Shown: positions 34,224-43,392 of the stretch, piece after piece | Layout: every line of letters starts with the position of its first letter | Numbering within the stretch: position 1 is the first letter of the stretch | DNA from: Alphaproteobacteria bacterium | GTDB taxonomy: Bacteria; Pseudomonadota; Alphaproteobacteria; Bin95 | DNA length: 64,000 nt | Assembly (NCBI GenBank): GCA_020638555.1 | Contig: JACKII010000006.1 | Location: 137,140 to 201,139 of the forward strand | Direction of reading: 5' to 3' | Translations under genes and position numbers: made by a program | The notes under the pieces: generated by a model | What the model was told of the DNA's origin: nothing | Database searches by the model: none | Seen by the model: only the letters and a program-made list of their open reading frames with translations

Positions 34224-34865
34224 TCAGCGCTGGCGACGCACCAGACCGAGCACGACCAGGCCGCCGCCCAGCAGGGCGAGCGTGGCCGGAGCCGGGACCC
34301 GTGCGGAGAGGCCGGTGAACTCGAACGCGTTCGAGGAAGAAGCGAAGCGCACCTCGTCGAACGGACCCGTGAACGTGACATAGACGTTCGAGGTCGGCGG
34401 GTTCGTCGGCGCCAGCGGCGGGTTGACGTCCGTCTGATCGAACGGGCCACCGACCTGCATGCCGTTCAGGTAAAAGGTCAGGCCGTTATAGTCGTCCGGC
34501 GACCCCCAGAGGAAGCTGAGGGAGGACATTTGGCGCGAGAAGCTCAGGATGGCCGGATTGGCCGGATTGTCCGGGCCAACGGCGAAATACATGAGATCTA
34601 TGGCGCCGGCCAGGGAGCTGGTGAACGTATCGCTCACCGTCTCGTCGAACGGCGAGCGGGCAATGCCCGAAATATTGCCCGAGCGGATGGTCGGCGCGGC
34701 GGACCAAGAGGCGAACGCCGGCAACGCCACCGGAGCCGCATTGGTGCTGACGTCGACCATGCTGTAATCGTTCGGCCCGCCGATGCTGGTGAGGGCAACG
34801 GCACTGGCCGCGACGGGAACCGCCATGAGGGCGATGGCCGCCAGAGGGGCAAGGATGAGTTTCAT
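34224..34865 (-). CDS. PEP-CTERM sorting-domain protein (putative exosortase substrate)
   Basis: ORF 34224..34892; preferred start is ATG 34865 (MKLILAPLAAIALMAVPVAASA, a Sec signal) with GGAGG RBS. C-terminus VPAPATLALLGGGLVVLGLVRRQR matches the PEP-like motif + TM helix + basic tail. Confidence 0.8.
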   Translation of the reverse strand: MKLILAPLAAIALMAVPVAASAVALTSIGGPNDYSMVDVSTNAAPVALPAFASWSAAPTIRSGNISGIARSPFDETVSDTFTSSLAGAIDLMYFAVGPDNPANPAILSFSRQMSSLSFLWGSPDDYNGLTFYLNGMQVGGPFDQTDVNPPLAPTNPPTSNVYVTFTGPFDEVRFASSSNAFEFTGLSARVPAPATLALLGGGLVVLGLVRRQR

Positions 34866-35043
34866 GGTGATGCCTCCAATATATAACACCACCGATTTGT
34901 ATGCATTGCCTATGCCAGATCAAATACCAACATATCCTGCTAAAAAATGTATTATATTAATGTTTTATGGAGTGATAGTGTAAAGAAAGCTGACACTGTA
35001 AAAGGAGAATTTTACACATATAGCATAAATTGTCGATACTATA
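34866..35043 (-). promoter_or_regulatory. AT-rich leader/promoter region of the PEP-CTERM gene
   Basis: About 28% G+C over 34921..35040 by hand count. GAGAATTTT at 35005..35013 lies 140 nt upstream of the start. Confidence 0.45.
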
Positions 35044-35940
35044 TTAAGATGCACGCGTACACAGATACGCGACCAGCGGCCGGCGGAAAACGGCGAAGGA
35101 TTTGTAAGCGTCCATCTCCGGCGCCATGGTCTGGATCGCCGTCAGCAGGCGCCGGGCACGTACCGGGTCGGCGGCAAGGGTGCCGAGCGGCGCCTGGTAG
35201 ATCCGGATGCCGAAACAGATTGCCTGGCTCTCCGGCAGGCGCACCAGGGTCTGACGCTCGGAGCGGAACCAGACGCTCTGCGGCAGGTTTTCGACGGTGA
35301 ACCGCGGATCGGATTCGGTGCGGCCATGACCGGTGGGTTGGAACAGCGCGCCGTCGTCCAGCAGCGACCAGTTGATCCGCCAGACCGGCTTGTCGGCTTT
35401 TAAATGCTGGAGAAAGCGATCGACCTGCCGCGCCATGCGCTCGGCATAGAGCGGCACCGGCGCGTGGATCGCCGCCATGGGCCGGCCCAGCTTGTCGGCC
35501 AGACGCCAGCGGCTGGGAAAGCAGAGGCTGGCGGCCGTCAGACAATAGGGCTCGCCCGGCGCCGGCGATTGCATCAGGCACAAATCCTCCTGCACCAGCC
35601 GGCCGGCGGTCAGCAGGGGCGGGGCGTCGCCATCCAGGCGGACGCTGCGGTCGGGGCCGATGCGCAGCGAGTCGCCATCGCGGCCATAGAGGGCGGGAAA
35701 CCGGCGGGGCAGGTGCTCGACCAGGCGGGCCAGCACCTCCGCCTGCGCCGCTTCGCTGCCGGGCAGGGCGGCAAATACCTCGTCCCGGCGCTCCGCCAGC
35801 AGGCGTTCCTTTTCGGCCAGATGGGCCTCCAGGTCGTCGTCCGGCGCGATCCAGTCGGCAGGATCGAGCGGACGCAGGGCCATGGCCATGCGCCACGGCC
35901 CATCCTCAATCGGAAACAGGGGAGCGATCGGCCGCGGCAT
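35044..35940 (-). CDS. DUF3445-family protein (heme-dependent oxidative N-demethylase alpha-subunit-like)
   Basis: 298 aa. Pattern LRPLDPADWI ... LVQEDLCLM ... LTAASLCFPSRWRLADKLGRPMAAIHAPVP ... RINWSL recalled as DUF3445. The assignment rests on memory of the family only. Confidence 0.6.
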   Translation of the reverse strand: MPRPIAPLFPIEDGPWRMAMALRPLDPADWIAPDDDLEAHLAEKERLLAERRDEVFAALPGSEAAQAEVLARLVEHLPRRFPALYGRDGDSLRIGPDRSVRLDGDAPPLLTAGRLVQEDLCLMQSPAPGEPYCLTAASLCFPSRWRLADKLGRPMAAIHAPVPLYAERMARQVDRFLQHLKADKPVWRINWSLLDDGALFQPTGHGRTESDPRFTVENLPQSVWFRSERQTLVRLPESQAICFGIRIYQAPLGTLAADPVRARRLLTAIQTMAPEMDAYKSFAVFRRPLVAYLCTRAS

Positions 35941-35950
35941 GGGCGCGGAA

Positions 35951-36430
35951 TCAGGCGGATTTGGCAGCCTGCCAGTCCTTCAGAATGTCATGGGCACGGG
36001 CGTAGTCGCGCGGGCTCTCGCCCTTCTTGGCCGACAGCTCGATGACATAGCCGTTCGGGTCGCGAAAATAGATCGAGTCGATGAAGTGATGGTCGGAGAT
36101 GCCGCGCGTTTCGATGCCGGCGGCCTTGCCCTTTTCGAACATGGCCTTCAGGTGATCGGGCTCCACCTCCAGGGCGATGTGCAGGTCGAAATCGTGCTGC
36201 TGCCTGAACTCGAACGGCCGGTCCGGCGCTTCGAAAAAGGCCAGGAACGAGCCGTCGCCCATCTCGTAGAAAGTGTGCAGCACGTCGGTCTTGCGGCCGG
36301 TCTGGGTGGTCCTGATCGGCAGTGCCTCCGCCAGTTTCAGGCCAAGGAAATCCTCGTAGAAGCGGCGGGTTTCCTCGGAATCCCGGCAACGATAGGCGTT
36401 GTGGTGCAGGCCTTTGATGGCGATGGACAT
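35951..36430 (-). CDS. VOC family protein
   Basis: MSIAIKGLHHNAYRCRDSEETRRFYEDFLGL ... HIALEV ... DSIYFRDPNGYVIEL. Confidence 0.8.
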   Translation of the reverse strand: MSIAIKGLHHNAYRCRDSEETRRFYEDFLGLKLAEALPIRTTQTGRKTDVLHTFYEMGDGSFLAFFEAPDRPFEFRQQHDFDLHIALEVEPDHLKAMFEKGKAAGIETRGISDHHFIDSIYFRDPNGYVIELSAKKGESPRDYARAHDILKDWQAAKSA

Positions 36431-36567
36431 CGCGTGGTTTCCTTCGGCTGGGTCAAGGCGATGGACTGCCCCTCAGATAGGGTTCCCCAGGATGATCGCA
36501 ATCGGCCCGGCCGCAAAGGACTTCTGCATCGGCCTTCCCGGACGGGTAGCGTCGCCGCGGTGCCGGT

Positions 36568-38274
36568 TCACTCGCCCGCCAGGATGTGATCGGCGATTTT
36601 CTCGGCGGTCATCAGTGTGGGGCCGTTGGTGTTGGCGCAGGGCACGCTCGGCATGATCGAGGCGTCGCAGACCCTGAGGCCGGCCACGCCCCGCACCCGG
36701 CCGGTGCCGGTGGTCACCGCCATCGGGTCGTCGTCGGCGCCCATCCGGTTGGTGCAGGAGGCGTGCCAGATGCCGTGGACGTTGTCGCGAATGAACCCTT
36801 CCAGCACATCCTCGCTGTTCATCAGGTCGTCGACGGTCGGTCCTTCGGCAATCACGTTCCGGATCAGGTAGTCGCGCACGCTCTTGTTCGAGTCCATGGC
36901 CCAACCGGCCATCCGGGTGAGCACCTTGTTTTTGGTCGTCACCTGGGCGAAGGCGCGCACACGGTCGGAATAGGCGGCCGGAAACGGGGTTTCGATCACG
37001 CCGTGCAATGCCGGATGGCGATAGATGGTGATGGCTCTTCGGTAGGCGTCCATCATCCGCTCGAGGTCGCGGCGGTCGCTGCACAGGTCGAAGTCGACGA
37101 CCGGCTCGTCGCGATAGTCGCGGGTCGCCAGTTTCACCTCGCCGGTGGAATAGGACTTGTAGACGCTCATCAGCAGCGAGCCGAGGCGCCAGCCGACCTG
37201 GTGCCAGGTGCTCTTGGCGATCTGGATCAGGAACATGTCGCCGGGCGGCGCCTCGCCGATGCCGGAGGAATAGCGCAAGCCGACATGAATGTGACGCTTG
37301 ATCCGTTCCGGCTGCCGGTACCGGTCGTGCAGGAAGCCGGCCAGGCCGAGGGCCGGGTGTTCCATCAGGTGCTGGCCGACGCCCGGCAGGGCATGGCGCA
37401 CCGCAATGCCCATCTCGCGCAGATGGCCCTCCGGCCCGATGCCGTTCCGCATCAGGTGGGCGGGGGAATGGATGGCGCCGCAGCAGAGAATGACCTCTCT
37501 GGCGTTGAAGGTCTGGCTCTGGCCCTTGTGCACGGCCCGCACGCCGGTGGCCTTCAGGCCGTCGAACAGGATTTCCGCGACCATGGTCTCCGACTGGATG
37601 GTCAGGTTCGGGCGCTGCCGCGTCGCCGGGTCCAGATAGCCGATGGCGGCAGAGACGCGACGGTCATAGATGTTGGAGATGGTGATGGGGAAATAGCCGT
37701 CTTTCCATTCGCCGTTCTGGTCGGCGCGGTATTCGAACCCCAGTTGCTTGAAGGCCTCGGCAACCGCGTGCGCGTGGCCGGGCCAGTCCTCCTGGAACAG
37801 CCGGCGGACGGGGATGCGGCCGGTCTGGCCGTGATACTCGCCGCCGAAATCCATGTCGCGTTCCAGCTTCTTGAAGTAAGGGAAGCATCGCTCCCAACTC
37901 CAGCCCGCGGCGCCCTGGCGGCCCCAGTCGTCATAGTCGTTCGGCGAGCCGCGGTTCAGCAACTGGCCGTTGATCGAGGAACCGCCGCCCATGACGCGCG
38001 CCTGCTCGTATTTGCGCAGCGGCGGCCGCGGCGCCTCCGGCCGGTTGTGCTCGCGGGCGCGGGTGGTGACCTGCAACTGGTTCCAGTGAAAGCGCGGGTC
38101 GAAATAAACCGTGCCGGGATAGCTGTTGTGCACCTCCGGCGGGATGTTGCCGTGCGGCGTATCGATCCCGGCTTCCAGCAGCAGCACCTTGTTGGCGCCT
38201 TTGGCCGACAGCCGATGCGCGAGCACCGAGCCGGCGGACCCGCCGCCGACAATGACATAGTCGAATTCGGTCAT
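36568..38274 (-). CDS. GMC-family FAD oxidoreductase (choline dehydrogenase-like)
   Basis: ORF 36568..38670; preferred start is ATG 38274 (MTEFDYVIVGGGSAGSVLAHRLSAKGANKVLLLEAG, an FAD GxGxxG fold). C-terminal active-site block IWHASCTNRMG ... LRVCDASIMP. Confidence 0.88.
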   Translation of the reverse strand: MTEFDYVIVGGGSAGSVLAHRLSAKGANKVLLLEAGIDTPHGNIPPEVHNSYPGTVYFDPRFHWNQLQVTTRAREHNRPEAPRPPLRKYEQARVMGGGSSINGQLLNRGSPNDYDDWGRQGAAGWSWERCFPYFKKLERDMDFGGEYHGQTGRIPVRRLFQEDWPGHAHAVAEAFKQLGFEYRADQNGEWKDGYFPITISNIYDRRVSAAIGYLDPATRQRPNLTIQSETMVAEILFDGLKATGVRAVHKGQSQTFNAREVILCCGAIHSPAHLMRNGIGPEGHLREMGIAVRHALPGVGQHLMEHPALGLAGFLHDRYRQPERIKRHIHVGLRYSSGIGEAPPGDMFLIQIAKSTWHQVGWRLGSLLMSVYKSYSTGEVKLATRDYRDEPVVDFDLCSDRRDLERMMDAYRRAITIYRHPALHGVIETPFPAAYSDRVRAFAQVTTKNKVLTRMAGWAMDSNKSVRDYLIRNVIAEGPTVDDLMNSEDVLEGFIRDNVHGIWHASCTNRMGADDDPMAVTTGTGRVRGVAGLRVCDASIMPSVPCANTNGPTLMTAEKIADHILAGE

Positions 38275-38360
38275 AAGTGGCTGACATCCCTGCACCGTGC
38301 TTTGTCGCCAAAGCGTATCACGCCGATGGCGACGCCCGGAAGAGGGCAGGGAAGGGCCAC

Positions 38361-38891
38361 TCAGTGCGGTCGGATATCGTTGTTGACGCTGCGCTCGCCC
38401 GACAGCCATTCGCGCAGATAGCGATGGGCGTTGGGCGAGTGCTCCGCATAGATGCGCTGGAAATCCGGGTGATCGACCGTGAATTCCAGGCGCAGATTGT
38501 TCGGGTCGTTGCAATAGAGCGAGACGCAATAGCCGTGGTCGGTCAGCCGGGTCGCATAGCCGGCGGCGTCCAGCCGGGCCTTGATCGCGGCCTGGGTCTC
38601 CGCATCGCATTCCAGCGCCAGATGGCCGGGCGATTTCAGCTCCGGCGGGTGTTCGTCCTGGTCGTCCCACTGGAAAAAGACGACGGCACCGCCATCGCCG
38701 ATTTCGAAGAAGGTGTGGCAGTATTCGCGGCCGTCGGGCGATTTTTCCTTCCAGCAGGCGGTCATCGGCAGGCCGATGATTTCCTCGTAAAACTGACGGG
38801 TGGCTTCCTGGTCCTTGGTCACCCAGGCCGCATGATGCAGGCGGCGGGGGCGTTGCAGGGCGGCGCGGGAGCGGGCGGTTTCCTGGGTCAT
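38361..38891 (-). CDS. VOC family protein (paralogue of 35951..36430)
   Basis: LHHAAWVTKDQEATRQFYEEIIGL ... HLALECD ... VSLYCNDPNNLRLEF. Confidence 0.78.
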   Translation of the reverse strand: MTQETARSRAALQRPRRLHHAAWVTKDQEATRQFYEEIIGLPMTACWKEKSPDGREYCHTFFEIGDGGAVVFFQWDDQDEHPPELKSPGHLALECDAETQAAIKARLDAAGYATRLTDHGYCVSLYCNDPNNLRLEFTVDHPDFQRIYAEHSPNAHRYLREWLSGERSVNNDIRPH

Positions 38892-38981
38892 CGGGGCCTC
38901 CTTGGCTGAGACCCCGTCACCCTAGCAGCCGCGCCCGCACCGCGCACGCGTCTCGCCCGGGCTGCTCGCCCGGTCGGCTCG

Positions 38982-39359
38982 TCAGCCGGCGCGGCGGATC
39001 GGCTTGCAATCGGCGGTGCAGGGGCCTTCCCGCTCCTCGTCCCGCGGGCCGGCGCGGTGGAACACCGACTTGGTCAGGGTGATTTGCGCCATCGCATCAT
39101 CGCCCCGCGGCGGCGCCGGCCGGGCCGTGCCATTGAGGATCAGCGCATAGCCGCCCGGCTCCCGCGGCGGCCAGAACAGCGAGACATTGGGCTGGGTCGC
39201 GATATTCCGGCCGGCGCTCCGCCCCAGCACGCAGGTGACGGTCTCGCCGTCCAGGTCGACGCGGACGCTGCTGGTGTGCGGGCCGGTTTCGCTGACGGTC
39301 AGCAGATAGGCCTCGCGGCCATACTGGGAAATGGCGTCTGCCAATCGGGTTTCGGACAT
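38982..39359 (-). CDS. Pyridoxamine 5'-phosphate oxidase-like (FMN-binding split-barrel) small protein, tentative
   Basis: 125 aa. Pattern REAYLLTVSETGPHTSSVRV ... GRNIATQPNVSLFW ... GYALILNG is suggestive of the split-barrel fold. Confidence 0.45.
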   Translation of the reverse strand: MSETRLADAISQYGREAYLLTVSETGPHTSSVRVDLDGETVTCVLGRSAGRNIATQPNVSLFWPPREPGGYALILNGTARPAPPRGDDAMAQITLTKSVFHRAGPRDEEREGPCTADCKPIRRAG

Positions 39360-39589
39360 CGCTCGTTCCTCCGATGGGTCTGGGAATGGCGGGCAGCTTG
39401 CGTTGTTAAAGTGGAATGTAACATATGGATTAAATCCGAGGGGATTCCATGCCGGTCGGCCCGCTGCGGCGGGAAATCGCGGCGGTCGCGGAATGCAGCG
39501 TGGAATGCGACGCCGAACGGTGGGTCTTGCCGTCCGGTGTGGCGGCGCACATCATGCGACCAAACCGACATATGAGGAGCCGCCCCGCC

Positions 39590-40621
39590 ATGGCCGAGAA
39601 GACATCCGGCGCCAATATGGGCCACACCGCACCGGACGATGCCTGGCTTGCCAAGCTTCAGGAAGATATTCTGGAGCCCGACCTGCCGATCATCGACCCG
39701 CACCACCATTTGTGGATGCGCAACGGCTACCGCTACCTGATCCCCGAATTCATGGAGGACGCCGCCAGCGGCCACAACATCGTCTCGACCGTGTTCGCCG
39801 AGTGCCATTCCATGTACCGGCCGGACGGGCCGGAGGCGGAAAGGCCGCTGGGCGAGACCGAGTTCATCGTCGGTTGTGCGGCGATGGCGGCCAGTGGCGC
39901 CTTCGGTCCGGCACGCGCCTGTGCCGCCATGTTCGGCCGGGTGGAGATGACCCTGGGCGCCGCGGTGCGGCCGCTGCTGGAGCGCCACCTCGAACGCTCC
40001 GCCGGCCGGTTCAAGGGCGTGCGCTATTCCACCGGCTGGGATGCGAACGAGCGCATCCCCAATGTCGCCCCGGCCCGGCACATGCTGATCGACCCGGCGG
40101 TGGTGGAGGCGGCCGGTGTGCTGGCGGACATGAACCTTACCCTGGATGTCTGGCTCTATCATCCGCAATTGGCGGATGTCGCGGCCCTGGCGGACAAGCT
40201 GCCCAATCTCGCCATCGTGCTGAACCATGTCGGCAGCCCGATCCTGGGCGGCCCCTATCGCGACAAGGGCGAGGAAGTGTTTCGCGACTGGCAGCAGGGC
40301 ATTGCCGATCTGGGCCAGAGGGCGAACGTCTATTGCAAGCTGGGGGCGCTGCCGATCCGCATGCCCGGCTCGACCGCTGATCGCTCTTTGCCGCCGGGAT
40401 CGGAGGAGATTGCGGCGGCGTGGGGGCCGTGGATGCGCGCCTGCATCGACGCCTTCGGCCCGGCCCGTTGCATGTTCGAGAGCAATTTCCCAGTGCAGAA
40501 GCGCTGGTCCAGCTACCAGACCACCTGGAATGCCTTCAAGCGCATGGCGGCCGATGCCTCTGCCGCCGAAAAGGCCGACCTGTTCGCCGGCGCCGCAACG
40601 CGCGCCTATCGCCTGGGGTAG
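39590..40621 (+). CDS. Amidohydrolase-2 family metal-dependent hydrolase/decarboxylase
   Basis: ORF 39449..40621; preferred start is ATG 39590 (MAEKTSG) with GAGGAG RBS. HxH motif in PIIDPHHHLW. TIM-barrel-type pattern ... IVLNHVGSP ... MFESNFPV. Confidence 0.8.
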   Translation: MAEKTSGANMGHTAPDDAWLAKLQEDILEPDLPIIDPHHHLWMRNGYRYLIPEFMEDAASGHNIVSTVFAECHSMYRPDGPEAERPLGETEFIVGCAAMAASGAFGPARACAAMFGRVEMTLGAAVRPLLERHLERSAGRFKGVRYSTGWDANERIPNVAPARHMLIDPAVVEAAGVLADMNLTLDVWLYHPQLADVAALADKLPNLAIVLNHVGSPILGGPYRDKGEEVFRDWQQGIADLGQRANVYCKLGALPIRMPGSTADRSLPPGSEEIAAAWGPWMRACIDAFGPARCMFESNFPVQKRWSSYQTTWNAFKRMAADASAAEKADLFAGAATRAYRLG

Positions 40622-40763
40622 AGGGCGGAGGGCCTTGGACCCGCGGCGCCAGCGGTCCAGGCGCCGCCCGCGCCACCCGTTCCACCCCGCCCCGTGCTTG
40701 ACACAGGGTCCATGCCTGAGAATCCCTCACAAACTCCCGGCTCTGCGGGATGCGCTCAGGCAT

Positions 40764-40850
40764 GGCCTCCCGCCTTCGCGGGAGAAGGGGGTGACGAGAT
40801 GGCGGAGGGCCAACAACGCTCCGCGGCCTCCCGCCTTCGCGGGAAAAGGG
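40764..40850. repeat. Direct repeat of a 26-nt hairpin-containing element in an intergenic region
   Basis: GGCCTCCCGCCTTCGCGGGAGAAGGG (40764..40789) and GGCCTCCCGCCTTCGCGGGAAAAGGG (40825..40850) differ by one mismatch. Each contains CCCGC-CTTC-GCGGG. Confidence 0.6.
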
Positions 40851-40878
40851 AGAGGGCAGAGGCCGAAGCCCGGCGGCC

Positions 40879-41949
40879 TCAGACCCGGCTCATCACCTGG
40901 CGGGCGAAATCCTCGGCGAAGCGCCACTTGCCTTGGGTGCCGGCGGCCCACATGATCTCCTGCAGGCCCTGGCGCTCCAAGTCCTGCACCTGCTCCACCA
41001 GGTCATCGGCCACGCCGACCAGGCAGGTGGCGCGGATCAGGTCGGCGGTGATCAACTCCGCCTCGCCGGGATGCAGATAGGTGTAGTGGAATTCGTGCGT
41101 GCGCAGATGACGCAGTTCCGGGGCGGTGTCCTCGACCAGGGCGCAATAGGGCTTCCAGATCGGCTTCAGGAAATCCAGCACCTCGACGCCGCGCTCGTGC
41201 ACCTCGTCATAGAAATAATAGACGCTGGCCATCACGTTCGGGCCGATCAGCGCCTTGATGCGGTCGCTGTCCACGGCCTCGCCGGGCTGTAGCAAAGCGA
41301 TGTTGGTGAGGGCGCAGTTGCGGAAGTCCGCGCCGATGCTGCGGCCGACGCTGGCCGCCCCCTGCCGCACATGGCCCAGCGCTTCCGGCACGGCGACGCC
41401 GCGGGGCGGAATGGCGAAGACCAGACCGTCGCCGAACTCGCCCGCCAGCCCCATGGCCCGCGGCCCGAAGCCCGAGACATAGAGCGGGATTTTCGGCTCC
41501 AGATTCATAAAGCCGGTCTCGTCGTGCATCAGCAGTTTCACCGGCTTGGTGACGCCATTGTGGGTGTAGTCCAGCGTCTCGCCCCGCAGCAGGCCCGAGA
41601 GCGCACGCAGATACTCGCGATAGGCGGCAATCCGCATGGGGCGCTGGCCCATGGTGCGCATGGCGGTGTTGCCGGTGCCGATGCCGATATGGATGCGGCC
41701 CGGCGCGATGCGGTTGAGTGTCGCCGCGGCGGCGGCATGCACGGGCGCAATACGGGTGCCGGTGATGGCCGTGCCGGTGCCGAGTTGCAGGCGCGAGGTC
41801 TGCCGTGCCGCCAGGGCGAGGACGGCATAGCAGTCCGAAAACAGCATCTGGCTGTCGGTCACCCAGACCGCGTGATAGCCGAGCGCTTCTACATGATTGA
41901 AAAAGCCGATTTCGTCGATATTCGCCATGACGCAGATGCTGAATTTCAT
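40879..41949 (-). CDS. LLM-class (luciferase-like) flavin/F420-dependent oxidoreductase
   Basis: 356 aa. MKFSICVMANIDEIGFFNHVEALGYHAVWVTDSQMLFSDCYAVLALAA ... GRIHIGIGTGNTAM is typical of the LLM TIM barrel. Confidence 0.82.
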   Translation of the reverse strand: MKFSICVMANIDEIGFFNHVEALGYHAVWVTDSQMLFSDCYAVLALAARQTSRLQLGTGTAITGTRIAPVHAAAAATLNRIAPGRIHIGIGTGNTAMRTMGQRPMRIAAYREYLRALSGLLRGETLDYTHNGVTKPVKLLMHDETGFMNLEPKIPLYVSGFGPRAMGLAGEFGDGLVFAIPPRGVAVPEALGHVRQGAASVGRSIGADFRNCALTNIALLQPGEAVDSDRIKALIGPNVMASVYYFYDEVHERGVEVLDFLKPIWKPYCALVEDTAPELRHLRTHEFHYTYLHPGEAELITADLIRATCLVGVADDLVEQVQDLERQGLQEIMWAAGTQGKWRFAEDFARQVMSRV

Positions 41950-42167
41950 GCGCGCGGTTCCTCTGCGGGCTTCGGGGCGATGGGCGCTTCAGTATAAGGG
42001 GGTGTCCGGCCGGAGCCATCCCTGCATGCGCAGATGTCGGAGGTGGACCAATCGCCGGCTAGGTCTGCTCGACCCTTGCGGAGCGTTCGGCAAACTGCCA
42101 TCGTTTCCTCACTCTTGATGACGGGAGTGTATCCCGCGTGGTCTACAGGAAGAAACGAGGAAGCCTC

Positions 42168-43295
42168 ATGAAACGAGCAATCTTGGCCGGTATGGCGGCC
42201 GTCGGTCTGGTCTTGGCAGCCGGCGCCGGACAGGCCAGGGAATTGGTCTATGCCAGTTCCGTTCCGGCGAAGCACCCGGTCCACACCCACGGCGTCGAGC
42301 CGTTCGGCGAGCGTCTGTCCAAGGCGACCGACGGCAAGCTGACCATCAAGCTGTTTGCCGGCGGCTCGCTCGCCAGCGGCAAGACCACGTTGAACGCCAT
42401 CCGCAACGGCACCGCCGACATGGGCCTGCTGGCCGACGTCTATACGCCGAACGAATTGCCGACCAGCGCCCTGATCAGCGACCTGGCGGTGCTGGGTCGG
42501 GATGCGCGGGTGATGACCGGTGCGGTCAACCAGATGCTGCAACTGGATTGTCCCGCCTGCAAGAAGGACTATACGGAAGACAAGGTGCTGCCGTTCGCCT
42601 CCTACTCGCTGACGCCCTATCACCTGATGTGCGTCAGCGGTAGCATCGTCACCGCCGACGACTGGAAGGGCAAGAAGGTGCGCGGCACCGGTGCCATGGG
42701 CGTGTTGGCGGCGAATATGGGTGCGACGCCGGTGAATGTCACCAGCGCCGAAATCTACGAGGCGTTGCAGCGCGGCCAGGTGGACTGTGCCATGGGGCCG
42801 TTGCCCTGGCTCAAAACCATGGCGCTGTGGGACATGGTGACGACGGTCTCCGACTCCGGGCTCGGCACGTATCACGGTACCAATTTTATCAATTTGCGCA
42901 CCAACACCTGGCAGAAACTGTCGAAGAAGGAAAAGCAGGCCTTCGTCGACAATCTCGTCCAGGCGGTCGTCGGCATCGCGCGGGCATACGAGGATGACGA
43001 CGCGAGCATCCGCAAGGAAGCGGAAGCCAAGGGCATCAAGTGGCTCACCGTGGACAAAAGCTTCGAGGACGCGGTCGAGCACATGCGCCAGAACGACACC
43101 GCTCGGGTGATCGAGTTGGCCAAGTCGCGCGGCGTGAAGGACCCGGAACCGATCGTGGCGAAGTTCAAGGAGAACATCGCCAAGTGGACCAAGATCGTGA
43201 ACGACATCAATCCGGGTTTCTGGGGCGATGCCGAGTGGGCGAAATACGCCGAAGCGCTGAACACCGAAATTTACAGCAAGGTGTCCTATCCCTGA
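42168..43295 (+). CDS. TRAP transporter solute-binding protein (DctP family)
   Basis: ORF from GTG 42138; preferred start is ATG 42168 (MKRAILAGMAAVGLVLAAGAGQA, a Sec signal) with GAGGAAG RBS. First gene of a P-Q-M operon. Confidence 0.85.
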   Translation: MKRAILAGMAAVGLVLAAGAGQARELVYASSVPAKHPVHTHGVEPFGERLSKATDGKLTIKLFAGGSLASGKTTLNAIRNGTADMGLLADVYTPNELPTSALISDLAVLGRDARVMTGAVNQMLQLDCPACKKDYTEDKVLPFASYSLTPYHLMCVSGSIVTADDWKGKKVRGTGAMGVLAANMGATPVNVTSAEIYEALQRGQVDCAMGPLPWLKTMALWDMVTTVSDSGLGTYHGTNFINLRTNTWQKLSKKEKQAFVDNLVQAVVGIARAYEDDDASIRKEAEAKGIKWLTVDKSFEDAVEHMRQNDTARVIELAKSRGVKDPEPIVAKFKENIAKWTKIVNDINPGFWGDAEWAKYAEALNTEIYSKVSYP

Positions 43296-43392
43296 TGCGC
43301 GCGGCCGGCGACGGCGATTGGTCCGTCGCCGGCCCCGTTGCTGCGGCCAGCGCCGCACACCCCTTTCCCTTCTACCTGTGAGGATCTCCGTC

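Noticed and set aside
36586-38421. 611-aa plus-strand ORF opposite the GMC oxidoreductase, and the N-terminal extension 38275..38670 of the 700-aa track ORF.
   Set aside because: The GMC protein starts naturally at MTEFDYVIVGGGSAG (ATG 38274). The upstream extension is Arg/Pro-rich read-through, and the plus ORF is a shadow.
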